64,000 bases of DNA from a virus (IMGVR_UViG_3300021387_000076), one strand, 5' to 3'; positions 37,584-46,741 are shown, numbered from the stretch's first letter. A program made the numbers and translations. The notes: generated by a model from the sequence alone, not told the origin.

Positions 37584-38635
37584 GGTTTTCCGATATTTAT
37601 TAGGGGAGTAGACCATCTCTTCATCCAATTGTTTCTGGATGCAAGGCACTTCGCTACATGAATTTCACATGATAGCTACGTCTTTCGACTGGTCGTTACA
37701 CCTTTTTAGACGCATCGTCTAAACTTGGCACGGTATTATCATGAATGACTTGTATTATTTCATTCAGTTTTAATTCTATGTTGTCAGTATGTTTTATTTC
37801 GTACAACTTAATATCATTGGCAATGCAATATTGTTTTTTTAAAAGATCAGTGTCTTCTCTTTCTCTTTTACCAAACCACGAATCACCTATTGCATAATGT
37901 TGTTCACCTTGATATTCTAATAAACCAACTAGTTTTCCATCAATAAATAAAGCAAAGTCAAAACGCAACGGAACATTGTTCTTTGAAACAAGATCTGCAA
38001 AAGAATATTGTCTTTTATAAGCAATGTTGTTTTCTCTCAACAATGAGGCGATAATGCTTTCATATTTGCTTACAATGCAACCACAACTTCTATTGTTTCC
38101 TGAAATTAAATCACCTGTAGTTACAAAACAAACTTCTCCGCAATCGCACAAACATTTCCATGTCTGTCTTTTCTTGTTGTGACTGCCAACCTCTATGACA
38201 GGTCCACGCTCAAGCACGAATAATCGATCGAATCTTGTACCTGTTAGGTCTGGGTTATTTGATTTATTATGTTGTACGAAACCTTGATACTTTAAACATC
38301 CACAAGATGGCATTTTATTTTCTTTATTCACGTGCCATCTAGCCATAAATAATTTCTTCTGAGACATTCTTACAGTCTTACTACATGCTGAACAATAACA
38401 ATCATACTCTCTTATTTCGTTATCATTCTCATCAAAGTAATCATATTCTTTTCCAACATGAATATAACCGAATGTTTCTCCAGTGAGTGACACTTTCTTC
38501 TTGGGTCTTCTTATCATATTATTCACCCACTCCAAGTTCAATTTTAGATTTTCACCGTTAGCCGATGTTACGCATCGACACCGTATATTTATACGTTCAC
38601 CTTGTTTTCTAAACATATTACTATGTTAAGCCGCT
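37565..38635 (-). mobile_element. Intervening sequence splitting nrdD. Most likely a self-splicing (group I-like) intron that carries a homing endonuclease gene. Boundaries are approximate.
   Basis: The two nrdD halves are in different frames, separated by about 1.07 kb. The second half has no start signal. Phage nrdD genes (T4) are known intron hosts. Confidence 0.5.
37696..38616 (-). CDS. Intron-encoded homing endonuclease-like protein (Cys-rich N-terminus, Vsr/PD-(D/E)xK-like C-terminus)
   Basis: 306 aa. Many CxC/CxxC clusters. C-terminal FDFALFIDGKLVGLLEYQGEQHY resembles Vsr-like/EDxHD-type nuclease cores. Located entirely inside the nrdD interruption. Confidence 0.45.
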   Translation of the reverse strand: MFRKQGERINIRCRCVTSANGENLKLNLEWVNNMIRRPKKKVSLTGETFGYIHVGKEYDYFDENDNEIREYDCYCSACSKTVRMSQKKLFMARWHVNKENKMPSCGCLKYQGFVQHNKSNNPDLTGTRFDRLFVLERGPVIEVGSHNKKRQTWKCLCDCGEVCFVTTGDLISGNNRSCGCIVSKYESIIASLLRENNIAYKRQYSFADLVSKNNVPLRFDFALFIDGKLVGLLEYQGEQHYAIGDSWFGKREREDTDLLKKQYCIANDIKLYEIKHTDNIELKLNEIIQVIHDNTVPSLDDASKKV

Positions 38636-39462
38636 ATTTTGTTAACGGGGAAAGTTAATATTTCACGAAGTCTTTCTTTATTAAACCACTTCATGAACCT
38701 TTTCTGCAGCCAACTGACTGACTCCCACTGCATAGACGTTCCATCTGGAAATACAAAGTCTTCGAATAAAGAATTAAAGTAATATTTATCGAAGTATGAA
38801 AAATTTAGGAACACTGATTGAGATCCACGGGCAGCGGCGGGCTGATTTAAACTATAAACCACCTGCTGGAAGTGATCGGTTATCACTGTATCAATGGTTG
38901 CATGTCTCGCAGAAAGGTCTACAACCTTATCTGCATGCAGATAATAGTCATTACCATATTCTTTACGCAGGAAATAGTCCATGTATGCAAGAAATTCAGG
39001 CGTTGCCACAGCTCCTTTGAGCTGTGCGGCAACGGCAAACACAAGGTTGATGAAGCCTCCGCAGAACGAGTCAAGGTTTTTCGGCGCAATAGTTGTACCG
39101 GAAAGCTTCGTCATCCCGTCAAACAGGAACGGATACAGCGTAATCGATGCACAATAAGGCACACCTGCGAACGGGAACGTGCTCTCGTCGTGTGTATAGA
39201 TCTCATGTCTTTCAAGCTGCTCAATATACAGGTCTGCTATTTCTTCATCATACAATTCAGTCAGCTTGTCGTGCATCATCAGTCTGTTGATCTTGATGTT
39301 ATCCTTCTTGTGTACTTCGGGTGCCATTGTTGCAATGTTCTTTCCTGAAACATTCGAATTGGAGTCAACCTCACTGCCTGTAGCAGTATTCTGTGCATCA
39401 ATAAACTTGTTTATAAAGTTGATATTTTTCCTGTGAACCGTGTACTTATTTGCAAGTGCCAT
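38626..39462 (-). CDS. nrdD: Anaerobic ribonucleoside-triphosphate reductase, N-terminal exon
   Basis: FPFAGVPYCASI, GGFINLVF, LNQPAAARGSQSVFLNFSYF and TFPV align with the T4 NrdD N-half. Likely start ATG at 39462 with SD GGTGA. The ORF runs into a stop just inside the intron. Confidence 0.7.
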   Translation of the reverse strand: MALANKYTVHRKNINFINKFIDAQNTATGSEVDSNSNVSGKNIATMAPEVHKKDNIKINRLMMHDKLTELYDEEIADLYIEQLERHEIYTHDESTFPFAGVPYCASITLYPFLFDGMTKLSGTTIAPKNLDSFCGGFINLVFAVAAQLKGAVATPEFLAYMDYFLRKEYGNDYYLHADKVVDLSARHATIDTVITDHFQQVVYSLNQPAAARGSQSVFLNFSYFDKYYFNSLFEDFVFPDGTSMQWESVSWLQKRFMKWFNKERLREILTFPVNKIAA

Positions 39463-39676
39463 GATCTTCACCGCTTTCGATAGAATTAATGTATCCGATA
39501 GCGTTCTGAAGATTCATAAGCGAGCCGTCAACGCTGAGTACTGGAACATGCGAAATACCAAGGTTTTTCATCTTATTCATATCCATGCATACTTCGTAGT
39601 CTATTTTTGCACTGTCAAGTCTTCTCTTAAGCATCTTGCACATCGGACAGGTTTCTGTTGAGTACAAAACTATCAT
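39446..39676 (-). CDS. nrdH: NrdH-like glutaredoxin
   Basis: YSTETCPMCKMLK thioredoxin-fold CxxC. 76 aa. SD AAGGA. Immediately upstream of nrdD. Confidence 0.5.
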   Translation of the reverse strand: MIVLYSTETCPMCKMLKRRLDSAKIDYEVCMDMNKMKNLGISHVPVLSVDGSLMNLQNAIGYINSIESGEDHGTCK

Positions 39677-39858
39677 TGAGTATCATCCTTTATATACATG
39701 CCGCACGGACAGTCATCCCAGTCGCGGCAGCATTTATCGCATTTGTTTTTCTTGTTTCCTTTTTCGGCATAAAGACAATAACCTCCATTGTCTTTAACCC
39801 TATACTTTATATCTTTAACCATTTCTTCAATTGGATTAATTACAAAACCGGGTTTCAT
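39673..39858 (-). CDS. Small Cys-rich protein
   Basis: CDKCC...CPCG. Confidence 0.3.
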   Translation of the reverse strand: MKPGFVINPIEEMVKDIKYRVKDNGGYCLYAEKGNKKNKCDKCCRDWDDCPCGMYIKDDTQ

Positions 39859-40511
39859 GTCTCCACCTTCTCAAACAGTTCTGGAAAATACTCCTCGAAT
39901 GCAGCCTGTATCATAGCGGCAAGCTTATGCATTTCAGGATAAGCAGCATTGCTGTTCCTGAGTTTGAGTATATGAAGCCATTCTCTTATATTTGCTTTCA
40001 TCATGATCACGCATGCGGTGCTGTTGGGCAGCACCTTGCGTGCATCCTGATTGACAAGCCCATGTTCATTTTTTAAAGCATTATATTCCTGCTCGGAAGT
40101 CTCCATTGCATGAAGCCAGTATCCGTATGCGGATCCATTTTCATCAGCAAAGAGAGGTTTGATGAAAGCAATTCCATCTTCACTTACATCAATATAGCGC
40201 TGGCTTTCGATGCAGAAATTTGCGAGCCTGTGTCTGGTAAGTTCAGCCATTACATCCCGGCTTGTCACAATTCGAACAGTGACATCAAAAAATTCCATAG
40301 GGGAGTAATGTTCACGCTTCATAAGGTTATAAATAAACTTCTTGTAACTGTCTTCTGTTATCTTATCCTGAGACGCATAACAGTTCCTGCCGGCGTATTC
40401 GATGAGCTTCAGTCCTTTGACAGCTTCATCTCTTGAGGTCGGCGAAATAATAGTCACACTTTGATCAATTATTCTCATAGTAGAACTTGATCCTTTCACA
40501 CAAATTTGCAT
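39855..40511 (-). CDS. thyX: Flavin-dependent thymidylate synthase (start may be 40478)
   Basis: ThyX signature RHRLANFCIES (RHR-x7-S). Confidence 0.7.
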   Translation of the reverse strand: MQICVKGSSSTMRIIDQSVTIISPTSRDEAVKGLKLIEYAGRNCYASQDKITEDSYKKFIYNLMKREHYSPMEFFDVTVRIVTSRDVMAELTRHRLANFCIESQRYIDVSEDGIAFIKPLFADENGSAYGYWLHAMETSEQEYNALKNEHGLVNQDARKVLPNSTACVIMMKANIREWLHILKLRNSNAAYPEMHKLAAMIQAAFEEYFPELFEKVET

Positions 40512-40650
40512 ACGGCATGTTCATTTCATAGTTGACACTGCCGCATCTTTTGCAGACATACCGCAATGAATGCCTTGTGCGAAACAGTCTACTGGCAGAT
40601 AAGCAATTACAGTCCAAACAATAACAATGTTTTTGCATTACAACATCCAT
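40465..40650 (-). CDS. Small zinc-ribbon protein (61 aa from the internal Met)
   Basis: CYCLDCNC...CKRCG. SD GAGGAA. The longer ORF N-terminus would translate through the terminator hairpins. Confidence 0.3.
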   Translation of the reverse strand: MDVVMQKHCYCLDCNCLSASRLFRTRHSLRYVCKRCGSVNYEMNMPYANLCERIKFYYENN

Positions 40651-40669
40651 TGTGATATTCCTCAACTTT

Positions 40670-40790
40670 AAAATAATAAAAACCCTCCGTGCGTATAGCA
40701 CGGAGGGAAGGAGAGAAGCGGGGTGTGCCTCAGCGGAGCACACCCGCACCGCGTATCAACCCTCGCCATGCGAGGGTATCGAGCGACAAA
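40670..40790 (-). terminator. Three consecutive GC-rich hairpins. The last one (CCCTCCGTGC-TATAC-GCACGGAGGG plus TTTTTATTATTTT on the minus strand) is a strong rho-independent terminator after dut.
   Basis: Perfect 10 bp stem followed by a T-run. Two further 7-8 bp hairpins lie upstream. Confidence 0.6.
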
Positions 40791-40795
40791 GGAAA

Positions 40796-41350
40796 TTACG
40801 CACCGGTAGAACCGAATCCGCCACTGCGTTCTGTAGTTACCTCGTCTTCTTCAGCCAAATAGTAGGGAAGGAAGATACCCTGAATGAATCTGTCGCCGGC
40901 TTCAAGATTAAGATCTATTGCCGATGCCTTAACAAGAATGTGTCCTTCATTTTTTGAATTATAATAATCCGAATCAATGATACCTGTAGTATTTGCAAGC
41001 GCGAAAGCATGTTTGAATCCAAGACTGGACCTAGGATAAAGCATAAGCACGTAACCGGGTTTAATATTGCATCTGATTCCAGTAGGAATAAGCTTATAGT
41101 ATTTTTCACTAAGATAAGTGTCTTCAGGAAGGTAAAAGTCATATCCAGCAGATCCATTTGTTGCCCTTGTTGGAAGTTTTATATTGTCATACACATAAGT
41201 GCACATCGTTAAAAATAAATTGTAATTCAAGAGCTCATCATTATACATTGAGTTAACCTCTTCTTCTGTTGGAAAATGATCTGTTTCATTCCAGCAGTCT
41301 TTACAAAACTGTTCGAAGCTTACTTTTTCAAACTTTGCAATTGCTTCCAT
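40796..41350 (-). CDS. dut: dUTP diphosphatase
   Basis: dUTPase motifs PRSSLGFKH, GIIDSDY, GDRFIQGIF and RSGGFGSTG. Confidence 0.8.
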   Translation of the reverse strand: MEAIAKFEKVSFEQFCKDCWNETDHFPTEEEVNSMYNDELLNYNLFLTMCTYVYDNIKLPTRATNGSAGYDFYLPEDTYLSEKYYKLIPTGIRCNIKPGYVLMLYPRSSLGFKHAFALANTTGIIDSDYYNSKNEGHILVKASAIDLNLEAGDRFIQGIFLPYYLAEEDEVTTERSGGFGSTGA

Positions 41351-41352
41351 AG

Positions 41353-41916
41353 TTAATCATCCTTTTCATCTTTTATGTAGTTGTTTTTTAGCAACCATGT
41401 CAAAGCTACTGCAGTAGCATCAGACTCGTCATCATTCTTGAACTCAATTCCGTTCACATATTTAAATACAGCAGCGGCAACGGCCTGCTTATCGGCGCGT
41501 CCGTTGCCGCTTACTTCCTTTTTTATTGTCGAAGGATAGAATTCTTCCCATTCTTTTTTTGCTTTTTGCCAAAGCACCAGATCCATCACGCCGACCACCT
41601 CTGATAAACCAGTTCGCGTCGAAGCTGCGTTCAACGGAGAATGGGATCCGTTGTTAACGACAGCTTCGCGCACAAAATAGCACTGTTTATCTAGGTCATC
41701 TTTTACAAAATTGTAGAAAGCCTCGGCTATCTCGTTAAGTTTCTGTCCTCTGGTCTTCTTTTTTGTCTTATTATCAACACTCATCACACTGACAGAGTTT
41801 ATAGAGTATTTTTCGGCTTCTTTTTTTACCTTAATACGGCAAAAGCCAGGCCTGTTCAGGCTTAAATCCGCTCCAAAAACTATGATACTGTCTTGAAATT
41901 CATCCATATTCGTCAC
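41353..41916 (-). CDS. RuvC-like Holliday junction resolvase (phage type)
   Basis: IIVFGADLSLNRPGF and DESDATAVAL acidic catalytic motifs. Confidence 0.6.
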   Translation of the reverse strand: MTNMDEFQDSIIVFGADLSLNRPGFCRIKVKKEAEKYSINSVSVMSVDNKTKKKTRGQKLNEIAEAFYNFVKDDLDKQCYFVREAVVNNGSHSPLNAASTRTGLSEVVGVMDLVLWQKAKKEWEEFYPSTIKKEVSGNGRADKQAVAAAVFKYVNGIEFKNDDESDATAVALTWLLKNNYIKDEKDD

Positions 41917-42254
41917 CCGTTTTCGCCAGCATCCTCCACTACTTCTTCATCGCTGCTTTCGTCCTCTTTTTCGTCGGGGAAGATGACTTTTTCAACTTTC
42001 TTCTGCAATTTTTTATCATATGCGGAGTGCGCATAGTAACCACTGGAAGTTGCAATAGCGATAGCAGATGAACTGGTAATAATATTAGTTGCTAAGGACA
42101 TTAATGTCTCTGTCACATTATTTTCGATGCTGCCCATCACCCAAATAAAGACGAGACATGTTCCGGCAATCAGAGACCACTGGGCTATTCCGAATACAGC
42201 AATCCTTTTGCTGTATCTCATGTATTTACCGAGAAGATCTTCAGGTTTCTGCAT
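41913..42254 (-). CDS. Putative holin (hydrophobic core, highly acidic C-terminal tail)
   Basis: Transmembrane segments plus DEKEDESSDEEVVED tail. Adjacent to the endolysin. Confidence 0.4.
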   Translation of the reverse strand: MQKPEDLLGKYMRYSKRIAVFGIAQWSLIAGTCLVFIWVMGSIENNVTETLMSLATNIITSSSAIAIATSSGYYAHSAYDKKLQKKVEKVIFPDEKEDESSDEEVVEDAGENG

Positions 42255-42582
42255 GGTTCCTGTCCTCTATTTTTGTGGGCAGTGCATCTATTTCTCTTTT
42301 AAGAAGTTTTACCGGACCGTTGCCGCCGAGAGCAAAATACTCATCAAACAATTCATCCATAATCTTTCTGTCATGCAGTGTAATGTAGCCGTTATCAAGG
42401 TGAAGCTTGGCCTCTGCTTTGATTTGCATGCGGAGATTGCCTCGCACGCCTCCGACAAGAGCGTTAACCTGCTTGTATAAGTTTTTGATCTGCCTCCAGA
42501 GTATTCCAAAAAGCGCGATGATAATGGCAAACAATTCCTGAGTCCAGTATTTCACGGCGATATCTATTATTTTGTCGATCAT
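42241..42582 (-). CDS. Small membrane protein (N-terminal transmembrane helix). Possible second holin or antiholin.
   Basis: Transmembrane helix and position in the lysis cassette. Confidence 0.35.
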   Translation of the reverse strand: MIDKIIDIAVKYWTQELFAIIIALFGILWRQIKNLYKQVNALVGGVRGNLRMQIKAEAKLHLDNGYITLHDRKIMDELFDEYFALGGNGPVKLLKREIDALPTKIEDRNHAET

Positions 42583-42585
42583 TTG

Positions 42586-43947
42586 TTAACTCACCGCCTT
42601 GTAAACCGGCGAGCCGCCCGCTTTTTTAATTGCATCGAGTACTGTGTCGCGGATTGCTTCGTCTACAGTGACGGTGATCGAGTATTTTTGGTTCGGAATA
42701 TCTCCCAACATGACGAAATCAGCGTCTGCATATAAAGTTCTTCCTTCGTGTTTGACCTTGTACCATCCTTGACATTTATCAAGTACCTGAAGCTTTGTTC
42801 CACTTGACACACGCGTGATAATGGCGCCGCTTTTGTCAGGTTTGTTACGCAGGTTCAGCTTTCCGTTCTCTGTGCGTACAGTTCCGTACACAATATGTTC
42901 GTCTTCCTGACCTTCTTCGACATCATATATTGTGTATTTCAGTTTGCTTGCGTAGTCCCATGTGGAGATATTGCTTTCAACCACACCATATTGTGTACCC
43001 TTTGCTTCAATACACTTTCCATTGCCGATATACATACCGACATGCTTGAAGTTGCCAAGACCGTCTTTCACATATGCGTCAGGCATTTCTCCTGAGACGG
43101 CTTTCTTCCAACGGTACACAGCCATGCCTGGAACGAGTTTGATTTCGCCAATTTTACCTTTTTCTGTTGAGTACTTTCTATACATTGTATTGCTGCCGTG
43201 ATACATATAGCTTCCTGCCTGCTTATACCAGTAGGTAAAAGCACCGGAGCAGTCAACTTTGCCGTATTCAGCAGCATTCGCCACATATTTCCAGTTATTC
43301 TCTTTCATCATCTTAAACTTATCAATGAGATAACTGGCTTTAACGTTTTTGTACGCAGCCATATCGTCATCTCCTTTGATAAACCCAATATGTGTACCAG
43401 GATAATAAAAAGACAGGATCTGCTTGTAGTCATAGCCAAGGTCGGCGGCGTGCTTCGCGCCGACCTGACTCATACCTACGCCATGTCCCGTCTTCTTTCC
43501 GTGTGTTTCGGCAAAGTCCCATGGATCTTCCTGACTGATTAGCCATGCACGTTCTCCGCCCCATCTCTCTTTCGAAGAAATGGTTCTTCCTCCGTTCGAA
43601 GCAGAAAAAGAACACGGTGAACAAATATCTTTTCCGTAGTAGAGTATTTGTCCGGCAGTTTCTTTTGCGGCAAGATGTGCATTATTGTAACCAGTGAGGC
43701 GCGAGGCATTGAATGCCTGCGCCGTGGATCCACTGTCTGATATTACTTTGTTTTTCTGTACATACAAACAGGCAGTCGTCCTGGCGGCGACTGCCTGTGC
43801 TTTACATGCTTCTACCGGTGCGTTGCCTATTTCCGAGGCAACGACACCGGCAACATACTGTTCAAGCTCAACATCTACCATGTCTCCGATTGAGCAGTTA
43901 TAGTATAAAGCATTTTTATTCTTTGAGATCTTTACCTGAATGATCAT
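42586..43947 (-). CDS. Endolysin with SpoIID/LytB-like, NlpC/P60 cysteine peptidase and SH3b cell-wall-binding domains
   Basis: YVAGVVASEIGNAPVEACKAQAVAARTTA (SpoIID motif). VDCSGAFTYWY...HVGMYIGNG (NlpC/P60 Cys/His). C-terminal GTVRT..LNLRNKP...GWYKV fits SH3b. Confidence 0.75.
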   Translation of the reverse strand: MIIQVKISKNKNALYYNCSIGDMVDVELEQYVAGVVASEIGNAPVEACKAQAVAARTTACLYVQKNKVISDSGSTAQAFNASRLTGYNNAHLAAKETAGQILYYGKDICSPCSFSASNGGRTISSKERWGGERAWLISQEDPWDFAETHGKKTGHGVGMSQVGAKHAADLGYDYKQILSFYYPGTHIGFIKGDDDMAAYKNVKASYLIDKFKMMKENNWKYVANAAEYGKVDCSGAFTYWYKQAGSYMYHGSNTMYRKYSTEKGKIGEIKLVPGMAVYRWKKAVSGEMPDAYVKDGLGNFKHVGMYIGNGKCIEAKGTQYGVVESNISTWDYASKLKYTIYDVEEGQEDEHIVYGTVRTENGKLNLRNKPDKSGAIITRVSSGTKLQVLDKCQGWYKVKHEGRTLYADADFVMLGDIPNQKYSITVTVDEAIRDTVLDAIKKAGGSPVYKAVS

Positions 43948-44213
43948 TCTTCAGTGGCTGCAGTTGTAACAGGATGCACATAGCACTGACTCGTAATCAT
44001 TCTGCCATCAGACAGGAGCAGAGTTGCTGAGTGCTGAGGAAGCTTGGATACTGCGGCAGCGGCAAGCACTTCGTGATACTTTGCTTCTGCCTTGAGACTA
44101 GCCCATTCAGGGTCATCGTCGTATGCAAAATGGACAATGTGACCATATTCGCCGTTGTCGTATTTTTGGATTTCAAGAATATAGTATTGAGTAAACTGAT
44201 CCATAGGGGTCAC
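43944..44213 (-). CDS. Hypothetical protein (89 aa), start overlaps the endolysin as ATGA
   Basis: ORF only. Confidence 0.3.
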   Translation of the reverse strand: MTPMDQFTQYYILEIQKYDNGEYGHIVHFAYDDDPEWASLKAEAKYHEVLAAAAVSKLPQHSATLLLSDGRMITSQCYVHPVTTAATEE

Positions 44214-44226
44214 CCTTAATTTTTAA

Positions 44227-45993
44227 TTATGTTGCACTTGAGCTATATGATGGATATTGACCTCCACCATCGCAATACCACCATTTTCCATCAGCAGTTA
44301 ATATATATCTTTTATTATTAGCAGGAGAAAAGCCATGTCCAGTTATATAGGTAACATACATTCCAGAGCACACTGGAATAAAATTCCCAGTTGATAATGC
44401 TGCTGTTATTTCATTATAGGTTTTATTTAAAGTTTCAACATTATTTGATGTGGTAGAAGTTATGAACGTCGGATTAGTTATATTTTTTAACTGTGCTGCT
44501 GTTATTGTTGTTTCATCAGTTGTGCCAAGACCGAGCGTTAAACTGCCCGCAAGCTTTTCATTGCCGCTCCAATCAAGCGTGCGACCATTTTTGCGAGCGC
44601 TTTCTGCAGTGCCGATACCAATAATTTCTGCATAAGTATTATTGAGATCTTCGACGTTATATTTACCAGCAGCATGTTGATATTGGCCACTAGCTTTTGT
44701 GTAGCCTCCTTCTGCATGCGAATTATTACCAGCAGCAACAGTATAAGAACCTTCTGAATGAGAATAAAAACCGCTGGCAATAGTTGTAAAGCCTTCTGCA
44801 TGAGAAAAGCTGTTTTTAGCAAGCGTGCCGCAACCTTCTGCGTGAGAATTAACTCCATATGCAGAAGAAGAATTATATACATAACAGGAGTTCGAGTTGA
44901 GATTACCAAGAGAAGAAGAAACTGTAATTGTTTTGTTTGTAATATCTATAGATGTTATGATAGCTTTTGTACCAAACGACTGTATTATTTTTCCCAAATA
45001 ATAATCATATAATGCTGAACTGCTTGTATAAGTAGTACCAGAACCAGTCAAATAAATTCTAGGTGAACTATTATATCCACCTTCTGCATGGGAATAATTA
45101 CCATAAGCAACTGTATAATAACCTTCTGCATGAGAAGCGCTTCCATAGGTTATTGTGTAGCCTCCTTCTGCATGAGACGTACCGCCTTGACTTCTTGTGT
45201 AAGAACCTTCTGCATGAGAAACACCTCCGTCAGCGATTGTATTACTTCCTTCTGCGCGAGAATAATTTCCGATTGCTTTTGTATAATTTCCTTCTGCATG
45301 AGAACTGATACCAGTTGCTTGTGTATCTACGCCTTGCGCAACAGCATATTCTCCAGTTGCTATTATGGATGTATCGTTTTTAGCTTGTATTGAATATTCT
45401 CCTCCTCCTTTTACAAAAACGTTTGCTGGAAGTAAAGAAGAATCAATTTGTTTTACAGATGCTACATAACCAATAATAGTAACGTGGTCTCCGTTTGAAA
45501 TAAAAGTATCGTAAGCGCCCATATGTATTTGGTTACCACAAAGTCCAACACCATATTCAAGACCATTGTTTTCTGCGAAATCGTCCGAAAACCGTGGATT
45601 TCCAAAGTTTATTGAATTGTTAATTGGATTTGCATAAGTTATTTCAGAAGTTACATCATGGTTGTTTTCTCCGTTGATAATAAGTCTTATTTTGTTTACC
45701 GAATCAGGAGATACATTTTCTGGTAAAATTATTCTTGTATCAGACCATAGTATATTTCGACCATTTTCATCAGCAACCCAAGTTATAATTCCTTCATATA
45801 ACGTAATCCATTCGCTTTGTGTATATCCATATCCAGACTGTTCTTCATATTGTCCATCAATCGCTACGTACGCAGTGCCATCTTCTTCTTTTGTTTTCTT
45901 TGACAATTTATTGTCAATTAAATTTTTGTAATTAATTTCTTTCACAATACCAACCTCCTTTAATTGAAAGACCCTTGAACGAATACTAACCAA
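44227..45993 (-). CDS. Tail fiber protein with about 12 tandem SHAEG-type repeats (Hep_Hag/phage fibre repeat-like)
   Basis: Repeated xxSHAEGxYTxAxG units, mirrored by a DNA-level periodic repeat ccttctgcatgagaa. Confidence 0.55.
   Translation of the reverse strand: MVSIRSRVFQLKEVGIVKEINYKNLIDNKLSKKTKEEDGTAYVAIDGQYEEQSGYGYTQSEWITLYEGIITWVADENGRNILWSDTRIILPENVSPDSVNKIRLIINGENNHDVTSEITYANPINNSINFGNPRFSDDFAENNGLEYGVGLCGNQIHMGAYDTFISNGDHVTIIGYVASVKQIDSSLLPANVFVKGGGEYSIQAKNDTSIIATGEYAVAQGVDTQATGISSHAEGNYTKAIGNYSRAEGSNTIADGGVSHAEGSYTRSQGGTSHAEGGYTITYGSASHAEGYYTVAYGNYSHAEGGYNSSPRIYLTGSGTTYTSSSALYDYYLGKIIQSFGTKAIITSIDITNKTITVSSSLGNLNSNSCYVYNSSSAYGVNSHAEGCGTLAKNSFSHAEGFTTIASGFYSHSEGSYTVAAGNNSHAEGGYTKASGQYQHAAGKYNVEDLNNTYAEIIGIGTAESARKNGRTLDWSGNEKLAGSLTLGLGTTDETTITAAQLKNITNPTFITSTTSNNVETLNKTYNEITAALSTGNFIPVCSGMYVTYITGHGFSPANNKRYILTADGKWWYCDGGGQYPSYSSSAT
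44600..45330 (-). repeat. Coding tandem repeat of about 33-36 nt period (ccttctgcatgagaa...) inside the fiber gene
   Basis: Read from the sequence. Also produces the FCMR-repeat artefact ORFs on the + strand. Confidence 0.5.
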
Positions 45994-46730
45994 TACCTAG
46001 TATTACCCATAACTGTAGTATTCATTAACGCGGCGCGTCCCGCTTCTGTTGTTAATATGGAGGTTGTCGAATCGTCTGCTATATAAATTGGTATTTTGTC
46101 GCTGCCCATATCATAATAGTCTGTAATATCATATATAGATGCAATATCATTATCCCATGACTCATTTGTAATAATATCATAAAGACTTGTACCATTTGTG
46201 ACTTCAATTGTTTTTGAAGGGTCATCAGCATCTGGATCTTCATAAAACTTAACCGTAACTGTCTTTCCCGTCTTTTCCCAAACGGCATGTAAGTTTCTAT
46301 CTGATGTTATATTGTTTTGAGCATTAGCATTAACCGTTTCTGGACTTTCATCAGTTGCCCAGCCAAGGAATGTATAAGTAAAATATTCATCTTCTTTTGC
46401 AGCTGACATCTCATTCCACGTAGCATTCTGTCCGCTGGTCCATATCTCCTCAGTATGTAAAAGTTCTTCTCCATCGTAATAGTCAACGTCAAACCAGTTG
46501 TCGCCTTTCCTTACAATGAGAGAGCCTTCATCATCGATATATAATTTAAAATATTTATTACTGTTTGGTGTACATGACTTTATTTTTAAAAAGTCAAGTC
46601 CGTCCAGCGGATCTGTCCAGGTGCCATCATCTCTGAGAAAAGTATTTTCTTCATTTGTCAGAGCCGGAATGCGAGCATCTTTTAAATTATATATCGTACC
46701 ATTTACTTGAATCTTTTTTATATCAGCCAT
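45960..46730 (-). CDS. Fiber/adhesin-like protein with Listeria-Bacteroides (Flg_new) repeat-like segment
   Basis: YTFLGWATDE motif. N-terminus MADIKKIQVNGTIYNLKDARIP is shared with the neighbouring 62 aa ORF. Confidence 0.4.
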   Translation of the reverse strand: MADIKKIQVNGTIYNLKDARIPALTNEENTFLRDDGTWTDPLDGLDFLKIKSCTPNSNKYFKLYIDDEGSLIVRKGDNWFDVDYYDGEELLHTEEIWTSGQNATWNEMSAAKEDEYFTYTFLGWATDESPETVNANAQNNITSDRNLHAVWEKTGKTVTVKFYEDPDADDPSKTIEVTNGTSLYDIITNESWDNDIASIYDITDYYDMGSDKIPIYIADDSTTSILTTEAGRAALMNTTVMGNTRYWLVFVQGSFN

Positions 46731-46741
46731 ATGATCACACC

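Noticed and set aside
37696-38616. HNH family assignment for the intron ORF
   Set aside because: No clear HNH catalytic motif. The C-terminus looks more like a Vsr/PD-(D/E)xK-type core, so only a generic homing-endonuclease-like call is made.
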